Below are positions 55,810-64,000 of a stretch of 64,000 bases of DNA, one piece after another. The translations under genes were made by a program, and so were the position numbers. Position 1 is the stretch's first letter. Every line of letters starts with the position of its first letter. The stretch is from Myxococcales bacterium. Lineage in GTDB: Bacteria; Myxococcota_A; Polyangia; Polyangiales; Polyangiaceae. The DNA lies in NCBI GenBank assembly GCA_016720545.1, contig JADKKK010000003.1, positions 537,516-601,515 of the forward strand, written 5' to 3'. The notes beneath the pieces were generated by a model. It was not told the DNA's origin. It saw only the letters and a list, made by a program, of their open reading frames with translations, and ran no database searches.

Positions 55810-57075
55810 ATGAAGAGAGCAGCAGGATCGTTGGCGTTCGTGTTGGCCGTGGCGGGTGTGGGCGTGCTGGGCGTCTTCTCGGTGCGCCCGGCCTACGCAC
55901 AGAGCGCAGATCCCGCGCCTACGACCACCGCGCCCGCCGCGACGACGCCGCCGCCCGCAGAGCCAGCCCCCGCAGAGCCAGCCGCGGCTCCAGCCGCCGC
56001 CGCTCCGGCCACGGGCCTGACGCTCAGCACGGGCGCCCCGAAGAAAGACGCGGCCACGCCGGCCAAGAAGGAAGAGCCGAAGAAGGCGAAGAAGCCGCGC
56101 CCGTTCGCCGGCACGCAGCTCTTCACGCAGGTCGCGACGGCGACCAGCACGTTCGCGGCGGGGCAGACGCAGTACCAGAACCCCACCACCGACATGACGC
56201 TGTTCTTCCTGCCGCGCTACGCGCTGTCGAAGGACTGGCAGATCCGCGCCCGCACGACCTTCACGTACGAGTTCACGAACAGCGACACCACCACGACGCG
56301 GAACGAGCCGCGCTTCGGCGACACGGGCCTCCAGCTGTTCTATCGGGGCATCCCGGCGTTCGCGGGGATCAAGCCTCAGGTCGCGGTCGGCCTCACGGCG
56401 CCCACCTCTCCCGAGTCGCGCGCGCGCACCATGATCGTGACTCCTGCGCTGACGGTGCAGCTCTTCAAGTCCTTCGAGCTGCCTCGTGAGGGCGAGCTCG
56501 ACGTCATCGGCTTCGCGACCTACTCGCACCCGCTCTACTCGAACACCACGGGCGGAATCCGCGGCGACTTCCCTTACAAGCGCGCCTGCTTCGGCGCGGG
56601 CGCGGGCTGCGACGATCAGCTCGGCGGCTCGGCGAACGCCTCCGACATCCTCTCCTGGTCGGCCATCGTGTCGGTGACCTATGGCAAGTTCAGCCCCGCG
56701 TTCTGGTTCAACCTCTCGCACCAGTTCCTCTACAAGTTCAGCCCCGAGAACGACGTCGACGCCACGCGCGGTCTGACAGCGCAGCGCCTCTCCGACCCGA
56801 CCACGGTCCGCAACGGCACGTACTTCAGCTTCTGGCTCGACTACGAGGCGAACTCGTGGCTCACGCCCGAAATCGGGTATTACATGGGCCGCAGCACCCT
56901 GCGGGCCGACGGCACCTTCGGCAACCCGTTCTTCGATCGCTACCAGGACATGCGCGTTTACCTCGGCGCGAACATCAACATCGACAACCTCGAGAAGGCG
57001 ATCGAGGGCGGCGAGGCCGAAGCCGGCGTCGTGCGCGCGAAGAACCGCACGGGCCCCGCGCTCGGCGCGTACTGA
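55810..57075 (+). CDS. secreted outer-membrane-like hypothetical protein
   Basis: Signal MKRAAGSLAFVLAVAGVGVLGVFSVRPAYA. Pro/Ala/Lys-rich linker, then a Tyr/Phe/Thr-rich beta-like region. The C-terminal residue is aromatic (ALGAY). It is the 3' part of track ORF 54232-57075. Confidence 0.5.
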   Translation: MKRAAGSLAFVLAVAGVGVLGVFSVRPAYAQSADPAPTTTAPAATTPPPAEPAPAEPAAAPAAAAPATGLTLSTGAPKKDAATPAKKEEPKKAKKPRPFAGTQLFTQVATATSTFAAGQTQYQNPTTDMTLFFLPRYALSKDWQIRARTTFTYEFTNSDTTTTRNEPRFGDTGLQLFYRGIPAFAGIKPQVAVGLTAPTSPESRARTMIVTPALTVQLFKSFELPREGELDVIGFATYSHPLYSNTTGGIRGDFPYKRACFGAGAGCDDQLGGSANASDILSWSAIVSVTYGKFSPAFWFNLSHQFLYKFSPENDVDATRGLTAQRLSDPTTVRNGTYFSFWLDYEANSWLTPEIGYYMGRSTLRADGTFGNPFFDRYQDMRVYLGANINIDNLEKAIEGGEAEAGVVRAKNRTGPALGAY

Positions 57076-57258
57076 GCGCGCGCGGCACATCGCGGCTTGC
57101 CCTCGCGCGCACGACCCGCGGCCCCGGCCGTGGGTCGTCCGCGTTTGTTTGTGGGCCGGCGGCGATCCAGGTCCGCGCCCGGGAGCACGCCGGCGCCTCG
57201 GAAAAGCGCGAATAGCGCCGCTGTCCTACATTGGCACACGGAGTGCACCCCGCTGGGC

Positions 57259-58461
57259 ATGCGAGCTCTCCTCTACAGCGCGGCGTGCACCCTCGGACTT
57301 CTTTCGCTCGGGCTCGGCGCGTGCAGCGACGGGCCAACCAGCGCCCCCGGGAGCTCCGACGACTCGATCATCGGCGGCGTGGACGCGACCGGGGCCAAGC
57401 TGAACGCGATCGGCACGGTGGGCCACAAGGCGTTCGACGACACCTTCGACTACTTCTGCACGGCGACGCTCATCGCGCCGACGGTGGTGCTCACGGCCAA
57501 GCACTGCGCGGCCCGCGACCCGAAGAGCGGCCACACGATGCTCGACGAGGAGCCCATCTACTTTGCGGTGGGGCCCGACAGCACCAAGCCGCTGAAGACC
57601 GTCCGGGTGAAGAGCGTGCTCCTCGCGCCGGTGCACGACGCGGGCTTCGTCAGCCTCGGGTCGGACGTGGCGCTCTATTTCCTCGAGGCGCCCATCGACG
57701 ACATCACGCCGCTACGCGTCGACGGCGCGCTGCTCAGCGAGTCGAAGGTGGGCCAGAAGTTCACCGCCGTGGGCTTCGGCGTGCACGATCGGGAGCGCAA
57801 CTCGGGGCAGCGCAAGGCCGGGCAGCTCACCCTGCAAGGCGTGAGCGGCAAGCCGGTGCAGAGGGTGTTCCCCACCTACGAACAGTTCGCGGCGTTCATC
57901 GCGAAGCACGACGGCGAGGACTACGTAAAAGCGCAGGAAGAGCGCATGAAGAAGTTCTACGACCTCGAGCTCCTGAAGGGGTACGAGGCGTACCTCGGCC
58001 TTGGCGACAACGACGCGCAGCCGTGCAGCGGCGACTCTGGCGGGCCGCTGCTCGCGCGGGTGAAGGACGAGAACGTGGTCGTCGCGGTGGTCTCAGGGTC
58101 GTTCAAGGGCCGCACCTACCCCTGCAGCGTCGTCGGCGAGGTCTACGCCACCATCGGCCCGCGGGTGATCGATCTGCTCGACAGCGCCGCGCCCGAGTGC
58201 GCGGGCGTGCCGGTGTGGGGCACCTGCGACGCCACGAACAAAGTGGCCACTCGGTGCGTGTCGAAGAAGGAAGGTCCGCAGCGCGTGAACAAGATCGACT
58301 GCTCGGCGCTCGGGCAGGTGTGCAAGATCAACGCGGAGAACACGGCGTTCTGCGACGACCCCGAGGCGCCGCCGCCGCCGCCCCCGCCCCCGCCGGCCGA
58401 CGCGGGCCCCAGCGACGCGGGCCCCAGCGACGCGGGCCCCAGCGACGCGGGCCCGGGCTGA
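57259..58461 (+). CDS. S1 (trypsin-like) serine peptidase lipoprotein
   Basis: Lipobox LLSLGLGAC. Catalytic triad motifs TAKHC (His), DVAL (Asp region), GDSGGPL (Ser). C-terminal (PSDAG)3 tail. Confidence 0.8.
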   Translation: MRALLYSAACTLGLLSLGLGACSDGPTSAPGSSDDSIIGGVDATGAKLNAIGTVGHKAFDDTFDYFCTATLIAPTVVLTAKHCAARDPKSGHTMLDEEPIYFAVGPDSTKPLKTVRVKSVLLAPVHDAGFVSLGSDVALYFLEAPIDDITPLRVDGALLSESKVGQKFTAVGFGVHDRERNSGQRKAGQLTLQGVSGKPVQRVFPTYEQFAAFIAKHDGEDYVKAQEERMKKFYDLELLKGYEAYLGLGDNDAQPCSGDSGGPLLARVKDENVVVAVVSGSFKGRTYPCSVVGEVYATIGPRVIDLLDSAAPECAGVPVWGTCDATNKVATRCVSKKEGPQRVNKIDCSALGQVCKINAENTAFCDDPEAPPPPPPPPPADAGPSDAGPSDAGPSDAGPG

Positions 58462-58508
58462 ACCTCTCGGTATTTGCAAACGCGCGCGGACGCGAGTAAA
58501 CCGCCGCC

Positions 58509-59624
58509 ATGCGCGCGTCGAGCCTCCTCGCCCTGGGCCTTGGAATCGTGGGTCTGTCCGCTCTGCTCCCCGCCTGCGAGGACAGCAACAAACGAAAGGA
58601 TCCGCCGCCGCCGCCGCCCCACTCGGCCTACCTGGAGGCCCCCGCCTCCTCCGGCGTCACCGTCGACCCGGCGCAGGTCGCCGCCTTCGCGGGGCTTCCT
58701 GCCCGCTTCGAGAGCCCAAAGAACGCCCTCACCGACGAGAAGATCGCCCTCGGGAAGATGCTCTACTTCGAGGCGCGCCTCTCGAAAAACCAGCAAATTT
58801 CCTGCAACTCGTGCCACGACCTCGCCAAATACGGCGTCGACGGCGAGAAGACCTCGCCCGGGCACAAGGGCCAGCGCGGCAACCGCAACTCGCCCACCAC
58901 GCTGAACGCCGCGGCGCACGTCGCGCAGTTCTGGGACGGCCGCGCCCCCGACGTCGAGGCGCAGGCCACGAAGCCCATCACCAACCCCGGCGAGATGGCG
59001 CTCGCGAACGACCAGGCGATCGTGACCGTCCTCGAGTCGATGCCCGAGTACGCCGACGCCTTCAAGAAGGCCTTCCCAGGCGACACCCCGGCCCTCACGG
59101 TCGTGAACGTGGGCAAGGCCATCGGCGCCTTCGAGCGCACGCTGGCCACGTCGTCCCGCTTCGACGCGTTCACCAAGGGCGACGCGAAGGCGCTCTCCGA
59201 CGCCGAGAAGGCGGGCTTCCAGAAGTTCCTCTCGGTGGGGTGCAACACCTGCCACTCGACGGCCACGTTCGGCGGCACCGAGTACAAGAAGCTCGGCCAG
59301 GCGAAGCCGTATCCCCCGCTCGCCGAGGGGAAAGACATCGGTCGCGAGGCGGTGACCAAGCAGGCGACCGACCGCCACTCGTTCAAGGTGGCGAGCCTCC
59401 GCAACGTCGAGAAGACCGGGCCCTATCTGCATGACGGCTCGGTGGCGACGCTCGAGCAGGCCGTGAAGCTCATGGGCAGCTACCAGCTCGGTAAGGACCT
59501 CAGCGACGCCGACGTGGCGTCGATCGTCACGTTCCTGAAGACGCTCACCGCCGAGCCCCTCAAGATCGACCCGCCAAAGCTCCCGGCCAGCACCGCCAAG
59601 ACCCCGAAGCCCGCCGCGGGCTGA
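58509..59624 (+). CDS. di-haem cytochrome c peroxidase (CcpA/MauG family), lipoprotein
   Basis: Two CxxCH motifs (CNSCH, CNTCH). Conserved CCP sequence FWDGRA...; LLPACEDS lipobox. Confidence 0.85.
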   Translation: MRASSLLALGLGIVGLSALLPACEDSNKRKDPPPPPPHSAYLEAPASSGVTVDPAQVAAFAGLPARFESPKNALTDEKIALGKMLYFEARLSKNQQISCNSCHDLAKYGVDGEKTSPGHKGQRGNRNSPTTLNAAAHVAQFWDGRAPDVEAQATKPITNPGEMALANDQAIVTVLESMPEYADAFKKAFPGDTPALTVVNVGKAIGAFERTLATSSRFDAFTKGDAKALSDAEKAGFQKFLSVGCNTCHSTATFGGTEYKKLGQAKPYPPLAEGKDIGREAVTKQATDRHSFKVASLRNVEKTGPYLHDGSVATLEQAVKLMGSYQLGKDLSDADVASIVTFLKTLTAEPLKIDPPKLPASTAKTPKPAAG

Positions 59625-59637
59625 GCCCGCACGGGCC

Positions 59638-60120
59638 GTGATTTATCTGTCGGCGGAGCTCGCCGTTCACCGGAGCCCCGAGCTCGTGTGGGCCGTGCTC
59701 GCCGACAGCGCCGCCTACCCCACGTGGGTCACGGGCCTCGTGGACCTCGTGCACGACGGCGGCCCCGCGTTCGGCCTGGGCTCGCAGTTCTTGGTCACCT
59801 GGAAGCTCGGCCCGAAGCGCGTTCGAGCCTCCACCGAGATCACCGAGTGCACGACGGCGCGCTCGCTCTCCACCGAGACCCGCGTGGGCCCCGAGCTCGT
59901 GCTCCTCGACCGCGTGGTGCTAGAGCGAGAGCAAGGAGCCACGCGCGTCGTGGCGACGAGCGAGCTCGTGGAGCAGGCGGGCGTGCTTCGGCTCCTCTCG
60001 CGCCCCGCGGGCCTGCTCGGCTCGCCGCCCGGCCGCCGCGCCGAGCAGGTGCTCTACGACCGCTGCTTCCGCGAGCTTGGCCTCCTCATCGAGGCGCGCA
60101 CCGCCGCCCCGTACCGGTGA
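59638..60120 (+). CDS. SRPBCC (START/polyketide-cyclase-like) domain protein
   Basis: 160 aa. HRSPELVWAVLADSAAYPTWVTG is a typical SRPBCC N-terminal beta-strand/helix signature. Confidence 0.5.
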   Translation: MIYLSAELAVHRSPELVWAVLADSAAYPTWVTGLVDLVHDGGPAFGLGSQFLVTWKLGPKRVRASTEITECTTARSLSTETRVGPELVLLDRVVLEREQGATRVVATSELVEQAGVLRLLSRPAGLLGSPPGRRAEQVLYDRCFRELGLLIEARTAAPYR

Positions 60121-60152
60121 CCTCACGGGCGTGCGCTCCGGCATCGCCACGC

Positions 60153-60196
60153 GGGTGCGCGCGTGCGCGGGTGCGCGGGTGCGCGGGTGCGCGGGT
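60153..60196. repeat. 8-bp tandem repeat GTGCGCGG x5, immediately upstream of a lipoprotein gene
   Basis: GTGCGCGC GTGCGCGG GTGCGCGG GTGCGCGG GTGCGCGG, ending 15 nt before the ATG at 60211. Confidence 0.85.
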
Positions 60197-60210
60197 GGTA
60201 GACTGGCTCC

Positions 60211-61215
60211 ATGTTCGTGTTCGCCCCCCCACCCCCCGCCCCTCGGTCGCTCGTCGGCGCCACCGCGCGCGCGGCGCGCCTCGCGGCGGTCTGCGCGCTG
60301 ACGTTGGCGCTGGCAGCCTGCAAGTCGCCTCCCCCGCCCTCCCCGGCGACGGCGAGCTCGAGCGCCACGGGAGCTTCACCCCCTCCCACCGGCGCCGACG
60401 CCGCCCACGTCGCGCGGGCGGACGCCTCGCCCTGCGTCGACGTGCCGTGCGAGACCTTCGCGCGCCCCGAAGAGGCCGTCGCGGCGCTGCTCTCGAAGGG
60501 ACCTCGCGTCATGGCGTTCGGCGAGGCCCACGCCCAGAAGGACGGCCCCGGCGGGCCTTCCACCACCAAGCGCTTCACCGACGGGCTGCTGCCTCTGTTC
60601 AAGGGGAAGGCGACCGATCTGGTGCTCGAGCTGTGGGTGGCCAACGGGAGCTGCGGCAAGAAGACCGAGCAGAAGGTCGCGCAGCAGCAGAAGGCCGTCG
60701 CCGCCCCGCAGGCCGCCAGTAACCAGAACGAGTTCGTCACGCTCGGCGCCGCCGCCAAGGCCGCCGGCATTCGCCCGCACGTGCTCACGCCGCCGTGCGA
60801 GGACTACCTGCGCATCCTCGACGCGGGCGGCGGCGACGTCGATCAAATGTTGTCGATGATCGCCCGGCTCACCGCCAGCGACATAGGCAAGTTCCTTGAC
60901 CTTACGGCCGGGAAGGACTCGCTCCTCATCGCGTATGGCGGCGCGCTCCACAACGACGTCGTGCCCAAGAAGGGGCACGAGTCGTGGAGCTTCGGCGCGG
61001 AGCTCACGCGGAAGCTCGGCGCGAAGTACATGGAGGTCGACCTCGTCGTGCCGGAGGCCATTCGCGAAACCGACGCGTGGAGGTCGCTCGCCTGGCACGG
61101 CAAGTTCGTGCGCGAGCGGCAGGGCGACCGCGCGGTGCTCATGACCGTGGGGCCGAGCTCGTACGTCATCTTCTTCCCGCCGCGTGCGGCCTCCGCGGAC
61201 GCCGGTCGCGACTAA
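60211..61215 (+). CDS. lipoprotein, hypothetical
   Basis: AARLAAVCALTLALAAC lipobox. 334 aa, no recognised domain. An internal GTG alternative start (~60253) is possible. Confidence 0.5.
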   Translation: MFVFAPPPPAPRSLVGATARAARLAAVCALTLALAACKSPPPPSPATASSSATGASPPPTGADAAHVARADASPCVDVPCETFARPEEAVAALLSKGPRVMAFGEAHAQKDGPGGPSTTKRFTDGLLPLFKGKATDLVLELWVANGSCGKKTEQKVAQQQKAVAAPQAASNQNEFVTLGAAAKAAGIRPHVLTPPCEDYLRILDAGGGDVDQMLSMIARLTASDIGKFLDLTAGKDSLLIAYGGALHNDVVPKKGHESWSFGAELTRKLGAKYMEVDLVVPEAIRETDAWRSLAWHGKFVRERQGDRAVLMTVGPSSYVIFFPPRAASADAGRD

Positions 61216-61398
61216 CAGCCCGTTGATTTACTCCCGTCGGCCCGTCGCCGCCGCATCCCGACCGCCGTCGTTGCGATCCTGCGGTGCGTGCTCACCTAGA
61301 AACGCCCACCTGGAACACGCTCCGCCCGCTCCTCGGATCGCGCCTTGGCGGGCCGGGCGCGGACGACGCCGAGCCTCGGTCCGTAAATCAACAGGCTG
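61216..61398. mobile_element. 183-bp element bounded by 16-bp imperfect inverted repeats (MITE-like or structured RNA element)
   Basis: Left CAGCCCGTTGATTTAC (61216-61231). Right GTAAATCAACAGGCTG (61383-61398), whose reverse complement is CAGCCTGTTGATTTAC (15/16 match). The AT-rich ends contrast with the GC-rich genome. It begins right after the stop codon of the upstream gene. Confidence 0.4.
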
Positions 61399-61401
61399 CT
61401 A

Positions 61402-61432
61402 AGCGCCGATCCGCTTGATTCGGATCGGCGCT
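61402..61432. terminator. perfect 12-bp-stem hairpin between convergent genes (terminator-like, no U-tract)
   Basis: AGCGCCGATCCG cttgatt CGGATCGGCGCT. 18 nt downstream of the minus-strand esterase stop and ~190 nt downstream of the plus-strand gene. Confidence 0.45.
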
Positions 61433-61449
61433 CTAGAAGCGCACGCGGC

Positions 61450-62394
61450 TCAGAGCGCCTTGAAGAAGTCCCACTGCACCTTCGCGGCCTGGGGCCATAT
61501 CTGGTGTCCCATGCCCTGAATAGGGCAGTAGATCGTGGGCTTTCCGGGCTTGCAGCCCGAATAGGCCTCGCACGGCGCCGAGGCGACCGCGCGCGTCCCC
61601 CCGCAGCCGTTCACGTAGGCCCAATACGCGGCGCTGAACTCGCCGCCGCTGGGCTGGACGGTGCCGTCCGCCAAGCCGTGGATGGCGAGGTACGGGACCG
61701 GCGCCTGGTTCGGGCAGTGTTGGAAGCCGTTGGGCCACTTGTCGTTGGGCGACTCGGGCTCGTAGGGCGCGCCCCCGGAGCTCGACGCGGCGCCACGCAG
61801 CAGCGCGCTCCGGCGGCACGCGAGCTGGTTGACGAAGAAGCCACCGTTGCTCCACCCGGACGCGAATACGCGCGCGCGATCGACGGCGACACGCCCCGCG
61901 AGCTGCGTGAGGATGGCCTCCACGAAGGCGATGTCCTTGTTGCGATCGGCGGGCGTGTAGAGGTCCCACGTGGCGCCCTCGCCGCTCGGGTACACCAAGA
62001 TCGCTGCGTCACCGCTGGCCTCTTGGAACTTGAAGTAACGATAGAGCGAGAAGCCGTCCTCGCCGTCGCCGTGGAAGACGAAGACGAGCGGAGTGGGCGT
62101 CCTCGGATCGTGGTTCTTCGGGAGTCGGAGCCCGTAGGTGCGCGAGCGCCCGGCGGCCGTGACCTGCTCGCGGCTCAAGAGGTCGGGCGGCGGCGCCTCC
62201 GCCTCGCGCGCGTCGGGCGGCGGCTCGGGAGCGCTGGCCGTCGCTGTGGCCGTCTCCGTGGCCGTCGGGGTCGGGGCGGGATCGCCGTCGAGCGTCGGCG
62301 CGGACGGGAGCGGCGCCGGCTTGGAGCACGCGACCGCGAAGAGCGCGACGGCGGCGGCGTGCGCGGGCCACACGAGCGGGCGGTGGACGCTCAC
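61450..62394 (-). CDS. PHB-depolymerase-family esterase (LpqC-like), lipoprotein
   Basis: AAAVALFAVACS lipobox. LVFVFHGDGEDG and the nucleophile motif FASGWSNGGFF. Confidence 0.7.
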   Translation of the reverse strand: MSVHRPLVWPAHAAAVALFAVACSKPAPLPSAPTLDGDPAPTPTATETATATASAPEPPPDAREAEAPPPDLLSREQVTAAGRSRTYGLRLPKNHDPRTPTPLVFVFHGDGEDGFSLYRYFKFQEASGDAAILVYPSGEGATWDLYTPADRNKDIAFVEAILTQLAGRVAVDRARVFASGWSNGGFFVNQLACRRSALLRGAASSSGGAPYEPESPNDKWPNGFQHCPNQAPVPYLAIHGLADGTVQPSGGEFSAAYWAYVNGCGGTRAVASAPCEAYSGCKPGKPTIYCPIQGMGHQIWPQAAKVQWDFFKAL

Positions 62395-63578
62395 GGGCAG
62401 GCCTCCGCCGCGCCGGCGGCTCGGTAGGGATCAGCGGGCGTCGTGTGCGGCGGCACACCTTGCCCGACCGCGGTGAGCGGGTAGCCGCGCCCAACGCCGC
62501 AGCGCCGGGTGAAGTCGTAGGTGTCGGTCGGCGCGTCGAGGCGCAGCACCGACATGTCGCGGTACACGAGCGGCTGCCCCGCCAGCACCCGATCGGGGAC
62601 GCCGCCTCGCACGATGAACGCAGAGCCCGTGGCCCCCTGCCGCAGCGCCCGGCCAACGCCGCGCTTGTCGATGAAGAGCGTCGTGCCCTCGTCCACCGCG
62701 ACGCCATAGACGCCGATGGGCGCGCCGGTGATGACGCCGTCGGCGACCTGCCGCGCCATGAACCCGGCGAGCCGCCCCATTCGGTCGCGCTCGGTGAAGT
62801 GGCTGTCGGTGATGGCCCGCGAGAGCGGCGGGAAGACGAGCATGTTCTGTGTAAAGTGCACAATTGGGTCGTAGGGGTTCGCGAGGAGGGTCTTCGACGT
62901 GATCGGCACCGTGCCCGCGAGCGTCGCGTCGTTCACGCTCGGGCCGAGAATGGCGGCGCCCGCGCTGGTGCCGCCGACCACCCCTCCGCGATCGTAGACC
63001 CCCTGCACGGCCTTCATGAGCGCGCTCCCCTTCCACGCCACGTAGTCGGCCTGATCGCCCCCCGCGAAGAAGACGAGCTCCGCCTTGTCGACGGCGGCCG
63101 CCACGTAGGCGAGATCGCGGGGCGGTGCGAGCGCCGGCACGACGAACGTCTGCACCGAGCTCCACGCCGCGAGGCCATCGAGGTAGGCGTCGTAGGCGTT
63201 GGCGCCCGTCGCCCGGAGGACCACCACGTCGCCGCCGCGCCCGGCGCTCCCGACGACGAGATCGTGAGCCGCCACGAACGCGGCGTCGACGTCGGCGCCA
63301 CCTCCGCCGAGCAGCAGGCCCGGGCCTTGGGGCGCGCGGGCGTCATCGATCGGGGAGCCTCGTCGCGGGTACTCCGTGAGCGTCAGGCCCGCGTCGGCCG
63401 CGGCGTCGGCCGCGGCATCGGGTGAGCTCGCGTCCACCGCTGGCGGCGTCGCGTCCGTCGGCGGGACGCTCGCGGTGGGGGCCGGCGGCGGGGCGGCGTC
63501 CTCGACGCCCGGCGTGGGCGGGGCGGTCGAGGTGCACGCGACGCAGAACGAAAGGATCGCGACGAGTCCGAAGCGCAT
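62391..63578 (-). CDS. S51-family peptidase (cyanophycinase/dipeptidase-E-like), lipoprotein
   Basis: ILSFCVACTS lipobox. GGTSAGAAILG nucleophile motif typical of the S51 family. A 4-bp overlap with the downstream gene's start. Confidence 0.7.
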   Translation of the reverse strand: MRFGLVAILSFCVACTSTAPPTPGVEDAAPPPAPTASVPPTDATPPAVDASSPDAAADAAADAGLTLTEYPRRGSPIDDARAPQGPGLLLGGGGADVDAAFVAAHDLVVGSAGRGGDVVVLRATGANAYDAYLDGLAAWSSVQTFVVPALAPPRDLAYVAAAVDKAELVFFAGGDQADYVAWKGSALMKAVQGVYDRGGVVGGTSAGAAILGPSVNDATLAGTVPITSKTLLANPYDPIVHFTQNMLVFPPLSRAITDSHFTERDRMGRLAGFMARQVADGVITGAPIGVYGVAVDEGTTLFIDKRGVGRALRQGATGSAFIVRGGVPDRVLAGQPLVYRDMSVLRLDAPTDTYDFTRRCGVGRGYPLTAVGQGVPPHTTPADPYRAAGAAEACP

Positions 63579-63596
63579 CGCGTCATGCTAGTCCCC

Positions 63597-63860
63597 GGGG
63601 GGGGGGGTCCCCCCCGGGGGGGGGGGGGCCGCCGCCCCCCCCCCGGGGGGGGGGGGGGGGGGCCGCGGGGGGGGGGGGGGGGGGGTGTGCGGGGGCGGGG
63701 GGGGGGCGCCCGGGGGGGCCACCCCCCCCCCCCCCCGCCCCCGGGGGGGGCGCCCCCCCCCCCCCGGGGGGGGGGGGGGGGGGGGGGGGGGGCGGCCCCG
63801 CCCCCGGGGGGGGGCCCCCCCCCCCCCCCCCGGCCCCGGAGGGGCGACCCGGGCCGGGAG
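63597..63860. repeat. ~265-bp block composed almost entirely of alternating long poly-G and poly-C runs, flanked by 10-bp inverted repeats
   Basis: Runs such as G11, C7, G13, C11, G20, G23 and C16, with very few A/T, then an A7 tract. Flanks GCTAGTCCCC (63587-63596) and GGGGACTAGC (63875-63884). It begins ~20 nt upstream of the S51 peptidase start codon. Confidence 0.8.
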
Positions 63861-64000
63861 AAAAAAAGACTCCAGGGGACTAGCAAATCAGCCGCTGCCA
63901 CGAGCGCGGCGACGGCGATCCGAGAACCATGCCCGCGAGGCGACCACCGAGCGCAGAGCCCCTCCCATGACCCTCAAAGTGAGCAACGAAGGGGCGGCGG

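Noticed and set aside
63383-63901. ORFs encoding poly-Pro/poly-Gly 'proteins' across the G/C homopolymer block.
   Set aside because: Trivial consequence of CCC/GGG codons. Not coding.

Overview
This is a 64-kb window of very high-GC DNA (roughly 72-74% GC, with third-codon positions almost all G or C). It looks like a chromosomal segment of a Myxococcota-type genome (Sorangium/Polyangium-like). That guess rests on four things: several Hanks-type Ser/Thr kinases, a PP2C phosphatase, a FrzS/AglZ-like pseudo-receiver coiled-coil protein, and many lipoproteins. I call about 53 protein-coding genes and no rRNA, tRNA, CRISPR, integrase or transposase.

Recognisable blocks:
- two translationally coupled Ser/Thr kinases (675-3343);
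- an MtaD-like amidohydrolase;
- a 952-aa pseudo-receiver + coiled-coil protein;
- a pdxH-M20 peptidase pair;
- a GAF-HD-GYP c-di-GMP phosphodiesterase, followed by a frameshifted beta-lactamase-family gene;
- msrA;
- an sdhC-sdhA-sdhB operon (27247-30960, minus strand), plus an orphan second sdhC-like cytochrome b next to a CxxCH lipoprotein;
- livK-livH without livMGF;
- a divergently encoded PilZ pair;
- a fatty-acyl-CoA ligase;
- a cell-envelope cluster (three outer-membrane-like paralogues, an S1 protease lipoprotein, a di-haem cytochrome c peroxidase);
- PHB-depolymerase-family esterases and an S51 peptidase.

Many long ORFs in the six-frame track are antisense or alternative-frame artefacts of the GC bias. 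I rejected those, and trimmed the artefactual N-terminal extensions of several others.

I did not recognise a canonical defence or mobile system. The most unusual things are non-coding:
(i) a ~60-70-nt element with a conserved mini-ORF (MNMQAS..RRAACL.HATEG) in three copies, each in the 5' leader of an unrelated gene and in the same orientation;
(ii) short tandem-repeat arrays (8-9 bp units) immediately upstream of two genes and inside one lipoprotein signal peptide;
(iii) a 183-bp element with 16-bp terminal inverted repeats, next to a perfect hairpin;
(iv) a ~265-bp block of G and C homopolymer runs flanked by 10-bp inverted repeats at the window end (possibly an assembly artefact);
(v) a single-base frameshift in a serine-hydrolase gene.

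All functional calls are from motif recognition by eye. No database search was run.
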